Origin: Heteronotia binoei
Lineage: Eukaryota
Direction of reading: 5' to 3'
Assembly (NCBI RefSeq): GCF_032191835.1
Contig: NC_083237.1
Span: 8,494,001 to 8,558,000, forward strand
Length of the DNA stretch: 64,000 nucleotides
Shown: positions 49,758-63,362 of the stretch, piece by piece
Layout: every line of letters begins with the position of its first letter
Position numbering within the stretch: the first letter of the stretch is position 1
Notes under the pieces: generated by a model
The model's database searches: none
Seen by the model: only the letters and a program-made list of their open reading frames with translations
What the model was told of the DNA's origin: nothing
Translations under genes and position numbers: made by a program

Positions 49758-50047
49758 AGAACCCCATGGCGCAGAGTGGTAAAGCTGCAGTACTGCAGTT
49801 GGAGCCCTCTTCTCACGACCTGAGTTCGATCCCAGCAAAAGCTGGTTCAGGTAGTTGGCTCGAGGTTGACTCAGCCTTCCATCCTTCCGAGGTCGGTAAA
49901 ATGAGTACCCAGCTTGCTGGGGGGAAAGTGTAGATGACTGGGGAAGGCAATGGCAAACCGCCCTGTAAAAAGTCTGCTGTGGCAACGTCACCTCAGAGTC
50001 AAAAACGACTGGTGCTTGCACAGGGGACTACCTTTACCTTTTACCTT
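49758..50047 (+). mobile_element. Sauria-type SINE
   Basis: 16-bp TSD TAGTG(T/C)GAGTTATTAA. Further copies at 32872-33158, 42060-42357 and 63555-63831. Confidence 0.85.
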
Positions 50048-50226
50048 TAGTGCGAGTTATTAATGATAAAATTACATTTATAGCCTGACTTCTCATTGGA
50101 ACCCAAGGTGGATTACATGTATGATTAAAAAAAAATCTTTTCAACCCATCAGTAAGTAGATTACAATGATTACAAGATATGATATTTCAGTCTAGAGGCA
50201 AACAACAATCTAACAGCAAAGATTCC

Positions 50227-51031
50227 TAGCAAGACAAAAATCTAGGTATCGGGCTGCCAACAGACAGAGAGAATTCAGCCCATCCCCGGCCGCGCCGCAA
50301 TAGCGGCCATAGGCTGGGGGGCCACGTTTGCCGCCTCGTTGTCGCAGGAGGCTGCGCTCGTTTCCCGGGCATCCAGGACTTGGCTGGGGGTGGAGAGTCG
50401 GGACTATAAGAGTCCTGACCCCGTCCCTGCATTGCGCAATGCATTTTAGCTCTCGGCCCACCCTCCCACCCTGTAGCAGTACAGGCTTGACAGGTCGCCT
50501 TATTAGGGGCCAGGTAGGAATTTTTTCACTCTCACCTGATTGGCTTGTGGTGAGGCGTTTTTCACCTACCTGGTACTGTTTGATAGCAAGGGAATAGAGG
50601 GTATTATTTGTTTAGCTGTTGGCAGAATGGGCAAGGGGTTGTAGAAGCACAGGTGAGCACCCGGGGCACAGCACCAGTTGAGTGCAGGCAATCGGCAGGA
50701 GCGGCAGATGGGCTCCACGGCTCAATGTTGCATAATGCCGATCGTGTCTTGCCTCCCCACTGGATTGGCTCTTCCTGGGTGATGATGCCAAGGTGGGGTA
50801 GCATGACCTGGCCTGCCCGGCCTGACATGAGCCAAATCGGTGGCTCATGCCGGGGGCAGGGTGGCTCGCCCATGCCTGGACAAGGAAGGGTCATGTTATG
50901 ACCCCGGGGCTTGTCCAGTCTAGGTGCCCTTGCCGTACAAGTTGTTATGTTTAATAAAGCAGCCCGTTTTACCAAAATAACGTGTCAGTCTCTTCATTCC
51001 GACTTTGGGGGCGAAAAAAAATGCTGTGACA
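50227..51031 (+). mobile_element. CpG-rich element, possibly a solo LTR, in gene D intron 1
   Basis: TATAAG-like motif near 50405, AATAAA at 50953-50958, ends ...TGTGACA. Possible 4-bp TTCC duplication. The left boundary is uncertain. Confidence 0.4.
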
Positions 51032-52494
51032 TTCCCATAGAGGCTTATTCTGTGGTGATGGCTAAGTTTTCCATTACATGCAGGTCAATCACGTCACCTG
51101 GCAAACCACGTCCTATTAAACCTCTGTTAGAGGAACAGGATGTTTTTAACAGGCTTTTGGCAACCCTAGTTGACTGTCGGAAAGAGGAGGAAACAAACCA
51201 AATAATGCCTGCAAACGTATCTATTTAAAGTAACAAGACAATTAGGTTAAGAGAAACTTTTTCCCCCAACAAAAGTTACATTCTGAGTGAAATAATTAAA
51301 CCACAGCTTTGTCATCCCACCCCCAGGTTATCTAGAAGTTCAGTTGAGGGGGTGCATTTGCTTCTCGAATAAATTCTAAATCCATGCACGTACATGAACA
51401 TCACATAGACCTCAGCCAGGAATCTCAGCCATTGATGCTGTAGACAAATATTTTACTTGGTAACATATTGAAAGGGATCATTGTAAATATTAGGGGTAGA
51501 ATTCCTAGATCAGTAATGGTACAAAATGTTGTCTTCTTAGGACATTGCCATGCATATTGGTGAAAATGTCATCCAGATCTGTAAACTAGCAAAGCACCTG
51601 TCACAAGTGTTCCCTCTAAGCTGGGTTAGCGTGAGCTAGCTCACAGATTTTTAGCCTCCAGCTCACACATTTTTGTCTTAGCTCAGTAAAATTGACCCCA
51701 GAGCACAATAATTGATGCAGTCGCTCACAACTTTAATGCCAGTAGCTCACAAAGTAGAATTTTTGCTCATCAGACTCTGCAGCTTACAGGGAACACTGCC
51801 TGTGACACAAACCAAACCCCCCAAAACTATTGATTTCATTATTGGAAAGATATTGTATTGGAGTGTAAAATGTCCTGTCATTTTTGTGCAAAGGAAATTG
51901 TTCGGCGGGAGCACTGAGGTGAATAGTGATACTCGCTGGTATGTTTTCACCAGAGAGCACATGGCTCACCATATTTAGAAACATTTCCGGGGTGGTAAAA
52001 TAACCTAAAACGCCAACAGCATATTTAAAACTAAAACTCCATATGTCTTGTGAACATGCACTTCCAAACTCTAGCTGTTTGGCTATTGCAAAACTCACAC
52101 TGCTGCAAGAGTAAACATGGGTTCACTTTACCAGGATACATTGGAATTTGGCTTGGGTTATGAACATCTTCTGGGTTACAGACTGTGCCTGTTTTGTGTG
52201 CTTTTGCCAAAGTTAACCAGACCTTTCTATTTAGTCAGTTTGTGCAAGTGATAGCGGCTGGGCTGCAGCAACATAGAGCACATCGGCATTATTTTACTGG
52301 AATAGCAATGGATCAGTGGAAACAACCATAAACGGTTTGCATTTTTTAAAAATTTATTTTTAAATTACTTTCAAAATTTCATTGGAAGAGATACCTAATA
52401 CTATGTCTTCCACCAACAGAAAAGATACTGGGGATACAATCTCTTTCATTTAGTGGAAGCAGACAGAAAGTAATAATTTTAGCCCTTCTGCTAG

Positions 52495-52772
52495 CATAAA
52501 GAAGATATTGGATTTATATCCCACCCTCCACTCCGAAGAGTCTCAGAGCGGCTCACAATCTCCTTTACCTTCCTTCCCCACAACAGACACCCTATGAGGT
52601 GGTTGGGGCTGGAGAGGGCTCTCGCAGCAGCTTCCCTTTCAAGGACAACCTCTGCCAGAGCTATGACTGACCCAAGGCCATGCCAGCAGGTGCAAGTGGA
52701 GGAGTGGGGAATCAAACCCGGTTCTCCCAGATAAGAGTCCGCACACTTAACCACTACACCAAACTGGCTCTC
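52495..52772 (-). mobile_element. tRNA-derived gecko-type SINE (Squam3-like)
   Basis: Head GAGAGCCAGTTTGGTGTAGTGGTTAAG on the minus strand and a (TTC)n tail. Other copies at 7690-8011, 33428-33718, 41693-41860 and 60822-61088. Confidence 0.8.
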
Positions 52773-52830
52773 CTTGTAAAGACCCTTGTAGAAGCCAACA
52801 TCTTCCATAGGATCCAACCCATGGCTCTTT

Positions 52831-52992
52831 NNNNNNNNNNNNNNNNNNNNNNNNNNNNNNNNNNNNNNNNNNNNNNNNNNNNNNNNNNNNNNNNNNNNNN
52901 NNNNNNNNNNNNNNNNNNNNNNNNNNNNNNNNNNNNNNNNNNNNNNNNNNNNNNNNNNNNNNNNNNNNNNNNNNNNNNNNNNNNNNNNNNNN
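52831..52992. other. Assembly gap (162 N)
   Basis: Run of N in gene D intron 1. Confidence 1.
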
Positions 52993-53154
52993 CTCTGTAA
53001 TCCGAGCAGAATGGATGAGCAAGTGATTTTAATACACGAATGGGAAGGCCAGAAGACATGTACTTCATGTACTTTCTTTTGCATTTTATCACTTCTATGA
53101 ATGTTTGGTGGTCTGACAAAGTTTATAGGAAGCCAGGAGCAAATCATTCCTTAC

Positions 53155-53369
53155 TTTGAAACTTGAGAAAGACCCTGAGAAGGATGTTCTTGGAAGGTTA
53201 GTGCACGAATATGATATACAATCTGAGAAGCTATCCCACCAATGAGAAGGTCCCCAGGCTGGTAGCATTCATGTGAAACAGGGAGGGGATCCTTCAAGAA
53301 ACATTGCATAGTGTCTGCTGTGCAGGCCATGGGAGGTAACAGCATCAGCATCAGCACCAGCTTCAGCAT
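53155..53369 (-). CDS. Vmn2r: V2R gene D, exon 1
   Basis: ATG at 53369 (the ORF-track start at 53399 is TTG). Encodes MLKLVLMLMLLPPMAC...HECYQPGDLLIGGIASQ. Donor AA|gtaagg. Linked to exon 2 across the N-gap at 52831-52992. Confidence 0.88.
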
Positions 53370-55392
53370 CCTGGTAGTGATGCTGGTCTTCAGGTGCAAA
53401 CTTTTCTGTGTTCATCTATATCCTCTATCTGACAGGCTAGCAGGATGGTAACTCAGTCTGCAACATATTTTTTTTTAAAAGAAAGTCTGTTAGTCTTTGT
53501 CAAAACATCAGTGGAGTAAAAAGGCATGCTCTGAATGCCAGTTCAGGATCGCAAATGCTGTCATTGCAAACTGTGTGAGATCAAAGTGACAGATACTTGC
53601 CCGCTTCTTTCTCTCAACTCTCAGTGGCAGACTCTTAAACAAATAACAATTTCAGACATGCTTATTTTATTTTCTGGTTCTTTTTCTGGCCACCTGACAG
53701 AAACTCCTAATTATCATAATAGGAGAATTCCAGAAGGAGATAATTACTTCTGTAAAGCGTGAATGTGTAGGTTAGGTTATTTTGCTCAGATCTGAGAGAC
53801 TTCTCTGCTCCAGCAAGCGGGTTTCAGATTACCATGGCAACCCCGTGGAACACCAACACGAAATTCAGAGTACCAAATGAAAACATTAGCTTGACTAGGA
53901 ATTTCACACAGCAGTTCACTGATATTGAGAACAAACCTATGGATGTTTGCTTAGATGTAAATATCAATGACACTACTTCTTGGTTAGATGTTTAGAACTG
54001 CAGTTGTACACCCAAATACGCATGCAACACAATCTCCAGCCTTTCTATAACTGTTGAAATTGCTTCACAACATCTGTACTGAACAGAAGATCACTCATTG
54101 TATAGATTCGCTTCATAATTTGGGTATAGAAATAAATATCTCTTGCTATGTAAAGTAGGGCTACATTCCCCATTTTCCTCATATAAGAGGCTTTTAACCA
54201 AGTTAGCAAGGGTCAACTGAAGCACCCTGAATGTGGGAACCGTTGCCTGAGAACAGATGGGCATTTAAAGCCATATGGGGGTGGTGGGTGGTGGGAAGCA
54301 GGTGGTCCAAAAAAGCACGTCCACACACGCACATCAGCCTCCTGTCCCCATCCCACCCCCAGCTTGCCAGGAGCTGGCTCGAAAAGGCATCACTTTGAAA
54401 GTGGTGCCTTTTCACTGTGGTGCCTCCGAGGTGCCTTCCTGGTCATCTGGAAGGCCAGGAAGCACGCAGAGAGTGCCCAGGGAGCTGCGGATGGGACTCA
54501 TGAGTGTTCCAGACACTTCCCGGGTGCTCAAAGCCCACCCCTTTTCTGAGCACCATCCGGAAGTTCTGGGGTGCTCTATTTCCAGCTGGCTCTCTTTGGG
54601 GTGGCCTCAAGGCACCCCGAACCAGCCATCAGTTATCAGCCATTATGTCCTTCAACATATCAAGCTTGGAACTAACATTGCCTGTGGCTTGTCAGGGTTA
54701 AATTTCACACCCCCCCCCACACACTTTTAGCCATTTCACTACAGCAGTCAGGCAGTGGCTCAAGACCTATACTGATGCCAGGAAACTTGGATGGATGGAT
54801 GGGCAGGGCTTTTTTTGTAGCAGGAACTCCTTTGTTCCAGGGGGATTAGCGACATCAAGGGGGTGCAGATTAGTATGCAAAAGAGTTCCTGCTACAAAAA
54901 AGCCTGATTGAAAGCCTACTCCAAAATCATGAATGGGTTCCCTAAGTGCTTTACATAGAGACTGAACAGGATGGGGATGACTCAGCCCTGAGGAGTGCAC
55001 AAGGCAAGTTCCATACTGATTATTACCAGTCTCCAGCTATGTACAACAACCCTCTGAGACCTGCCCTTAAGGAACTATTTAAGACAATCCAACCCACGTA
55101 CCTTAATCCCTGTTCCTACCTCCAAATGCCTTAGCAAGATGGCATGATTCACAGAATGAATAACAACTGATAAAAATCAGTAAGAACATCAAAGGGGCTC
55201 AGCCCTTGTCTACATTTAGATGGACAGTGATTGATGCCAGCAGCACCTTCAACTTATTGCGGCCAGGCCTGGTACCACAGTGGAAATTATCGAGAGCTGA
55301 TAGGGTATCCAAGAAGACCTGGAGTTGTTCTGCAACTGTGTTTTCTATCTTTTTGCCCGAGAAGGGCAAATTGGAGATTAGGTGACCATTGT

Positions 55393-58300
55393 TAAGAACA
55401 TAAGAGAAGCCATGTTGGATCAGGCCAATGGCCCATCTAGTCCAACACTCTGTATCACACAGTGGCCAAAAATTTTTTATATATACACACACACAAACAC
55501 ACACACACTGTAGCTAATAGCCACTGATGGACCTCTGCTCCATATTTTTATTTAAACCCCTCTTGAAGGTGGCCATGCTTGTGGGCGCCACCACCTCCTG
55601 TGGCAGTGAATTCCACATGTTAATCACCCTTTGGGTGAAGAAGTACTTCCTTTTATCCGTTTTAACCTGTCTGCTCAGCAATTTCATTGAATGCCCACGA
55701 GTTCTTGTATTGTGAGAAAGGGAGAAAAGTATCTCTTTCTCTACTTTCTCCATCCCATGCATTATCTTGTAAACCTCTATCATGTCACCCCGCAGTCGAC
55801 ATTTCTCCAAGCTAAAGAGTCCCAAGCGTTTCAACCTTTCTTCATAGGGAAAGTGTTCCAGCCCTTTAATCATTCTAGTTGCCTTTTTCTGGACTTTCTC
55901 CAATGCTATAATATCCTTTTTGAGGTGCGGCGACCAGAACTGCACACAGTACTCCAAATGAGACCGCACCATCGATTTATACAGGGGCATTATGATACTG
56001 GCTGATTTGTTTTCAGTTCCCTTCCTAATAATTCCCAGCATGGCATTGGCCTTTTTTATTGCAAACGCACACTGTCTTGACATTTTCAGTGAGTTATCTA
56101 CCACAACCCCAAGATCTTTCTCTTGGTCAGTCTCTGCCAGTTCACACCCCATCAACTTGCATTTGTAGCTGGGATTCTCGGCCCCAATGTGCATTACTTT
56201 GCACTTGGCCACACTGAACTGCATCTGCCACGTCGACGCCCACTCACCCAGCCTCAACAGGTCCTTTGGAGTTCCTCACAATCCTCTCTGCTTCTCACCA
56301 CCCTGAACAATTTAGTGTCATCCGCAAACTTGGCCACTTCACTGCTCACTCCCAACTCTAAATCATTTATGTATAAGTTAAAGAGCATGGGACCCAGTAC
56401 CGAGCCCTGCGGCACCCCACTGCTTACCGTCCTCCACTGCGAAGACTGCCCATTTATACTCACTCTCTGCTTCCTATTACTCAGCCAGTTTTTGATCCAC
56501 AAGAGGACCTGTCCTTTTACTCCATGACTCTCAAGTTTTCTAAGGAGCCTTTGATGAGGAACTTTATCAAAAGCTTTCTGGAAGTCAAGGTAAACAACAT
56601 CTATCGGGTCTCCTTTGTCCACATGTTTGTTCACCCCCTCAAAAAAATGTAACAGGTTAGTGAGGCAAGATCTTCCCTTACAGAACCCATGCTGAGTCTT
56701 CCTCAATAACCCGTGTTCATCTACATGCCTACTCATTCTGTCCTTGATAATGCTTTCTACCAACTCTACCAGTATTGAAGTCAGACTGACTGGCCTGTAA
56801 TTTCCCGGATCTCCTCTGGAACCCTTTTTAAAGATGGGGGTGACATTTGCTACCTTCCAGTCCTCAGGAACGGAGGCAGATTTCAATGAAAGATTACAGA
56901 TTTTTGTTAGAAGATCCACAAGTTCAACTTTGAGTTCTTTCAGAACTCTCGGATGTATGCCATCCGGACCCAGTGACTTATTAGTTTTTAATTTGTCTAT
57001 CAGTTGTAGGACCTCCTCTTTTGTCACCTCAATCTGACTCAGGTTTTTCAACACCCCTTCTTATCTTTTACAGCTTCCATTACTTTGTTTGTTAACCATG
57101 TAGGCCTTTTTTTATGCCTGTTTGTGCCTTTCCTAACTTGTGGTATGTATTTTATCTGAGCTTCTAGGATTATAGTTTTAAATAGTCTCCAAGCTTCCCC
57201 AAGGGTTTTGACTGTATTTACCTTTCCTTTCAGTTTCCTCCTCACATGCCTCCTCATCTCAGAGAATTTACCCCTTTTAAAGTTAAACATGGTTGTGGCG
57301 GTCTTATTGGGCAACTCCCTATTTATAAACGGTGAAATCAATAACATTATGAGCACTGCTCCCAAGCGGCGCAATCACTTTTACATCTCTCACCAAGTCT
57401 TGGGCATTACTTAGGACCAAATCCAGGATCGCCCCACCCCTGGTAGGTTCTGAGACCATCTGCTCCATAGCACAGTCATTGAGAGCATCAAGAAACTCAA
57501 TCTCTTTCTCTCGACCAGAACTACCCAATCAATCTGTGGGTAGTTAAAATCACCTATTACGACAGTTTTTACATTTAGCTGCTATCTTTAAGCCTTCCAT
57601 CATATTATAATTGTCCTCTTTCTTTTGATTTGGTGGGCGATAACAAACTCCCATAGTTAAATTTCCTTTTGGGCCCTCTATTTCAACCCAAAGCATTTCT
57701 AAAAGGGAATCTAATTCTCTGACCTCAGTCTTACTGGATTGTATATCCTCTCTGACATACAGAGCCACCCAACCTCCAACCCTTCCCTCCCTATCCTTCC
57801 GATATAACTTATATCCAGGAATCACCGTGTCCCACTGATTCTCCTCATTCCACCAAGTTTCTGAAATTCCCACAATGTCTATGTTTTCTCCCAACACTAA
57901 GCATTCCAATTCACCAATTTTACTTCAAACACTTCTAGCATTTGCATACAAACATCTATAATTTCCCAGGCAAGCTAGGCCCGCCACCTTCCTCCTGCTG
58001 CCTCAAGACTCTGGCAGACAGTCCATACTGCTTGTCACCATCACAGGAGACAACTCTGATCCAGTACCCGGTAGAAAAATAGCAGCCAACCCTTCATCTC
58101 TTTGAGACGAGTCCTCCCGAACCAGAGACATTTCATCTCCTGTCGGCTTTCCCCCAAGATTTAGTTTAAAAACTGCTCTGCCACCTTTTTGATTTTAAGC
58201 ACCAGCAGCCTGGTTCCATCCGGGGACAAGTGGAGACCGTCTCTTTTGTATAGCTCCCGCTTGTTCCAGAAAGCATCCCAGTGCCTAACAAACATAAACC

Positions 58301-59811
58301 CTTCCTCCTTACACCATCGTCTCATCCACACATTGAGACTTCTAATTTGTGCCTGTCTCTCCTGCCCTGCATGTGGAACAGGTAGGACTTCCGAGAAGGC
58401 TACCTTGGAGGTCCTGGCCTTAAGTCTCCCACCTAGCAGCCTAAATTTTTCCTCCAGGACCTCACGACTGCATTTCCTCACATCATTGGTGCTAACATGC
58501 ACCACGACCGCAGGTTCCTCCCCAGCACTGTCTATCAGCCTATCTACTACACGCGTAATTCCGCTACCTTCGCACCAGGCAGGCAAGTCACCATACGGTC
58601 AGTATGCAGTTTCGCCACCCAGCCTTCTACTTGCCTAAGGATCGAATCACCAACTACCAACCCCCACCCTCTCCCCCTGCTCAGGGATGGTTCCTTGGCG
58701 TGAAAGGATTCCTGCTCACCAACCGAAGAAGAGGTCCCTTCTGAGGGCGCATTCCCCTTATCCTCAGCATGGTGCCCTGTTCCCTCTCGACCCTTACGCG
58801 CTCTGGCAGCAATGGGGCTGCTACGTTCAGAGCGGGGCTCATCTAATGCACCCCCGAGAGTCTTCCCCAAGTGCCTAACTGACCATCTCTGCTTCCCCAG
58901 GGCAGTCACCTCAGCCTCAAGGGTACGAACTCGTTCCCTGAGGACCAGGAGCTCCTTGCATCAAGCACACACCTAAGACTTCTGTCCTTTGGGCAGATAG
59001 TCGTACATGTGACACTCAGTGCAAAACACTGGAAAGCCCCCACCCCCCTGCTGGCATTCTATCTTCATGATATATATATATATATATTTTAAAATATACA
59101 GTCCTCTTTAAATGCTGTTTGTTTAAGTGGCTCCCCTTCTAGAGGGTCAACTTACCTTATTGGGAGAACAAGGAAATCAGGGATCTGGGTTCCTGGTCCT
59201 TAGAGAGCCCCTAGGCGAAGAGCCACAGGCCAAGAGCCCTTTAGCTCTCGCCCTTCAGCTCGCGCCTTTGGCAAGGCACAGCTTAAAATGCAAAGAGGGT
59301 GGAGCAGAGGCACTCCTAAGCAATCAGCAACAATCACTCTCAATATCTTTCACCTTTAGCCCACTCAACCAAACAAAGAGCAGTTCTCCAGCTATCACAA
59401 CTCAGAATTTTAGGCAGTCCCACAAACCTCAGAATGAAGTCTTTCAAAACTCAAATTCTCAGCAACATCTCCAGCTGTCTCAGCTATGAGAACTGCTCTG
59501 CTCTGTTCTGCACCTCTCAGACCTCTGTGAGATGTGCTCAGCCTTTGGCAAGGCGCAGCTTAAAATGCAAAGAGGGTGGAGCAGAGACACTCCTAAGCAA
59601 TCAGCAGCAATCACTCTCAAGCTCTTTCACCTTTAGCCCACTCAACCAAACAAAGAGCAGTTCCCCAGCTATCACAACTCAGAATTTTGGGCAGTCCCAC
59701 AAACCTCAGAATGAAGTCTTTCAAAACTCAAATTCTCAGCAACTTCTCCAGCTGTCTCAGCTATGAGAGCTGCTCTGCTCTGTTCTGCTCCTCTCAGACC
59801 TCTTTGAGATT
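55393..59811 (-). mobile_element. Essentially full-length, decayed CR1 LINE (ORF1 zinc finger plus SGNH esterase; ORF2 endonuclease-RT)
   Basis: ORF1 at about 59068-58161 (CTEC...VCA*CKEL, GDSIL, HVSTND, DGLHL) with stops and a frameshift. ORF2 fragments 57909-55514 (ISETWW, YRPP, GNYRPVSLTS, DFQKAFDKV, GVPQG, FADD). 3' tail is (TTCTTATG)-type. Duplicated 5' segment at 59264-59811. Confidence 0.93.
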
Positions 59812-61687
59812 GTTACATCCTCCTCCTCCTGTGATGGCTTTTTAGGTGGTGAGCTTTGATGACTGCCTGGTTTAGTGACTGAGGAAAGGTATCTTGAGTC
59901 AGTAATTGACTTAGGATTGATATCAGGACCTAATTCATATGATCACTGTGACACTGATACTGAAACCTTTATTAGGCATATGTTTATAAGTAATAGGTGG
60001 CAATGCAATTATATTATAAAAGAAAATGCTATTTAAAACTATAAACATCTAAATTTAGTATAAAATCAAGAACAGACTAAAAAAAGGTCTTGTCAATACT
60101 TTGTTTCTTCCCTAAACCAATAAACCCATCCTACTCAGTTTGATTATTGCCCATCAGCGAAAGTAGGCAAGGAAATATTAATATTCATTGAAACATGCAT
60201 ACAAGTAAAGATATATTTGTTCTATGTTTAAACAGCACAGATCTTACTTTCCAACTTTGGTGAGAATTCTCAGTTGGTAACAATACTGGGGGTATAGCAT
60301 GAGAAAGGTATAACATGAGATGGGACTGGAAAAGTAAAACTGTAGAGGGAGGATATGATCCCTATGTGTTTTGGGTAGCCAGGACTGAAAAAGATTCAGA
60401 GTACAAGTAGTAGCCTTCATAGCCCCCAGGATCTTGGTGGCATCCATTGAGGGTAACTGGATCAAAATTTACTCTGAAGCCATTCTGGCAGAATAGACTC
60501 TTTTTTCGCTTTTAAAGGTGATCCTGTCTCTAAACTCTGTAACTATTCAGAGCAGTGGAACTGAGATAAGAGATGCTTAAGTCATTCCTGTGGGCTACTG
60601 CTCCTGTATAAATCACATTCCTTCACTAATATTAGCTCCACTATTATGGATTTTTAATTAGTTATGTTTGAGCACTTGCCAGCTCAGCTCATGTTTTTTT
60701 CACTCTTTACAACCAGGAAACCAATTGCTTGACAAACTGTTCAAATACATGCAAGCAAATATGAAGTAATTTACACTTATGTTGCTTCCCTGTGCAATTA
60801 AAGTGCTTTCTTTTAAAAGAAGAAGATATTGAATTTGTATCCCTCCCTCCACTCCGAGTCTCAGGGAGGCTCACAATCTCCTTTATCCTTCTCCTCCACA
60901 ACAGACACCTTGTGAGGTGGGTGGGATAAGAGTGCTCTCATAAAAACTGCCCTTTTAGGTATAACCTCTACGATAGCTATGGCTAACCCAAGGCCATTCC
61001 AGCAGCTGCAAGTGGAGGAGTGGGGAATCAAACCCGGTTCTTCCAGATAAGACATCACACACTTAACCACTACACCAAACTGGCTCTCTACCATCTATAC
61101 ATTCAGAATTAAGGGAATTCAATTTAGAGCTTGTTCTCCTCCAGACTAAAGATTAGTCTTTTGCTAATTGTTTCTCTTGGTAAAGAAGAACATTTACCAT
61201 GGCATCTCTGTCAAAGCCCTGCCCCCCCCCCCAAAAAAAAATCCTTCTGGTTTTCATTTTATTTCAGTTTCATTACTTCTCAAGAACCATCAGTCTGCTC
61301 AAGGATTAATGAAATTAATCCTTTTAAAAGCGTTTACCAGAAAATATCAATTCAGAAGATGTAAAATCAAACAATTTCTAAGGAAAGAATACATTTTTGC
61401 ATTTTAACAATTGATCAAAGGTGTGTTAACCACAACTGGCTTGGCCTAAATTGTACAAATTATGCAAAACACTGGGGAAAATGCCTTACGCTATTCAAGA
61501 ATTTCCAGACATGTTACAATCACAATTTTTTGTTCTATATACTTCCACCATATGATTTGTCACATATTGATTTTCTTTGTTTGGAACATTTGAATAAACA
61601 TATAATTAAATAAGCTGATTCCCAGAATAGGTCCGCTGTTTCACTTTCATAGACATGACAGGAGACCTTTATAAAAAAGATCAGTAG

Positions 61688-62598
61688 TTAGATTCTGTAA
61701 TTCTTTATTTTTATTATTTGTTCCCTATTATTCAGTTTAGGCCTTAGGACAATAATGTAACATTTAGGTAAAAAGATACAAACCAGTAATCCAGTACTGG
61801 AGGCCAAGATAGAGAAGATCTCCACGACCACCATGTATTTCCCTTTGGTGCTCAGATAGGTTGGAATAAAAGACACCCAAACACTACAAAAGATCAACAT
61901 ACTGAAGGTGATAAACTTGGCTTCATTAAAACTGTCTGGCAACTTCCTGGCTAGGAAAGCCACCGTCAAAGTGATGAGGGACAGAAGTCCCATGTAGCCC
62001 AGCACAATGTAAAACATGAGAACAGATCTTTCATTACATCCTGCTACAATCTCTTCAGTAATTGAACGTGGGTCCAAATCTGGAAATGGGGGAGAGGTTC
62101 CTAGCCATGCAGTACAAATGCTTGCTTGAATAAGAGAACAGGAAATGATGATGGCGTTGGCCACTCGTTTTCCTATCCACTTCCTCATCCTGGATCCAGG
62201 TTGGGTGGCCATGAAAGCTACCACCACAGTGATGGTTTTTGCCAACACACAAGAAACAGCCAGTGAGAAGGCAATCCCAAAAGCAGATTGTTGGAGCAAG
62301 CAAGTCACTTTCCTAGGTCGTCCAATAAATAGAAAAGAACAGAAGAAGCAGAGGAGAAGGGAGATGAGGAGAGTGTAGGTGATATCCCGGTTGTTGGCTT
62401 TGACTATGGGAGTATCCTTGTATTTAATGAGAATCCCCTGAACCACAGCTGTAATCAAAGCAAGAGAAACTGCCACAGAGGCTAAACTGATCCCTAGTGG
62501 TTCTCTATAAGTCAGAAAGCTTATCGTCTTGGGAAAACATTGATCTTGTGCTTTGTTTGGATATTGATCTTCTGAGCATGTGATGCAGTCATCCATGT
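61688..62598 (-). CDS. Vmn2r: V2R gene E, exon 6 (7TM); upstream exons lie beyond the window
   Basis: 911 bp, ttcacag|AC ATG GAT GAC TGC ... TAA. Class C 7TM motifs ([23 protein letters not shown]). Confidence 0.95.
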
Positions 62599-62947
62599 CT
62601 GTGAAGGAAGGAAGAGGAGCACTCTGTAAATCCATTATTTTTTTTTTCCAAATCTCTTTTGTATTCTCAATTTTGGAGTATGTTGGAAAGATTGTCTATA
62701 ACGTATGCTGATGAGGTCATCTGAGAAGCAGTTATTAGATAACTAATTCACAACAAAGTCTCACAGGTGCGTAGTTAAATTTGGCCAATGGAGCAATGAA
62801 CAGACATGGCAGATTTTTTTATAAACATGAGAAGAACCCCAGGTTTGTACAAAAATCTGGGGGGAAATCCGAATTCCCTGCTCCCCCCATCATAGCAGCA
62901 ACATCTGCACCTTTAGGAAATGAGTAACTTCAGTGGCTGTTATTAGT

Positions 62948-63362
62948 ATGAACATATGAACATATGAAGCTGCCTTCTACTGAATCAGACCCTCGGTCCA
63001 TCAAAGTCAGTATTGTCTTCTCAGACTGGCAGCGGCTCTCCAGGGTCTCAAGCTGAGGTTTTTCACACCTATTTGCCTGGACCCTTTTTAGTTGGAGGTG
63101 AACCTGGGACCTTCTGCTTACCAAACAGATGCTCTACCACTGAGACCCCATCCCTCCCACATATGAAACTGCCTTCTACTGAATCAGACCGTCGGTCCAT
63201 CAAATTCAGTCTTGTCTACTCAGACTGGCAGCGGCTCTCCAGGGTCTCAAGCTGAGGTTTTTCACACCTATTTGCCTGGACCCTTTTTTGGAGATGCCAG
63301 GGATTGAACCTGGGACCTTCTGCTTCCCAAGCAGATGCTCTACCAGTGAGCCACCGTCCCTC
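62948..63362 (-). mobile_element. Two tandem copies of a tRNA-head SINE with an (AACATATG)n tail
   Basis: About 210-bp direct repeat with a tRNA-like head GGGAGGGACGGTGGCTCA...GGTTCAATCCC. Partial copy at about 6160-6290. Confidence 0.75.

Noticed and set aside
54381-54413. 16-bp hairpin GAAAAGGCATCACTTT-G-AAAGTGGTGCCTTTTC upstream of gene D
   Set aside because: Most likely the centre of a decayed MITE; there is no evidence of a regulatory role.
59127-59766. Q/S-rich repeated ORFs on the + strand
   Set aside because: Antisense translation of the duplicated CR1 5' segment.
63290-63362. tRNA gene
   Set aside because: It is the tRNA-like head of a SINE, with no clean cloverleaf or terminator.
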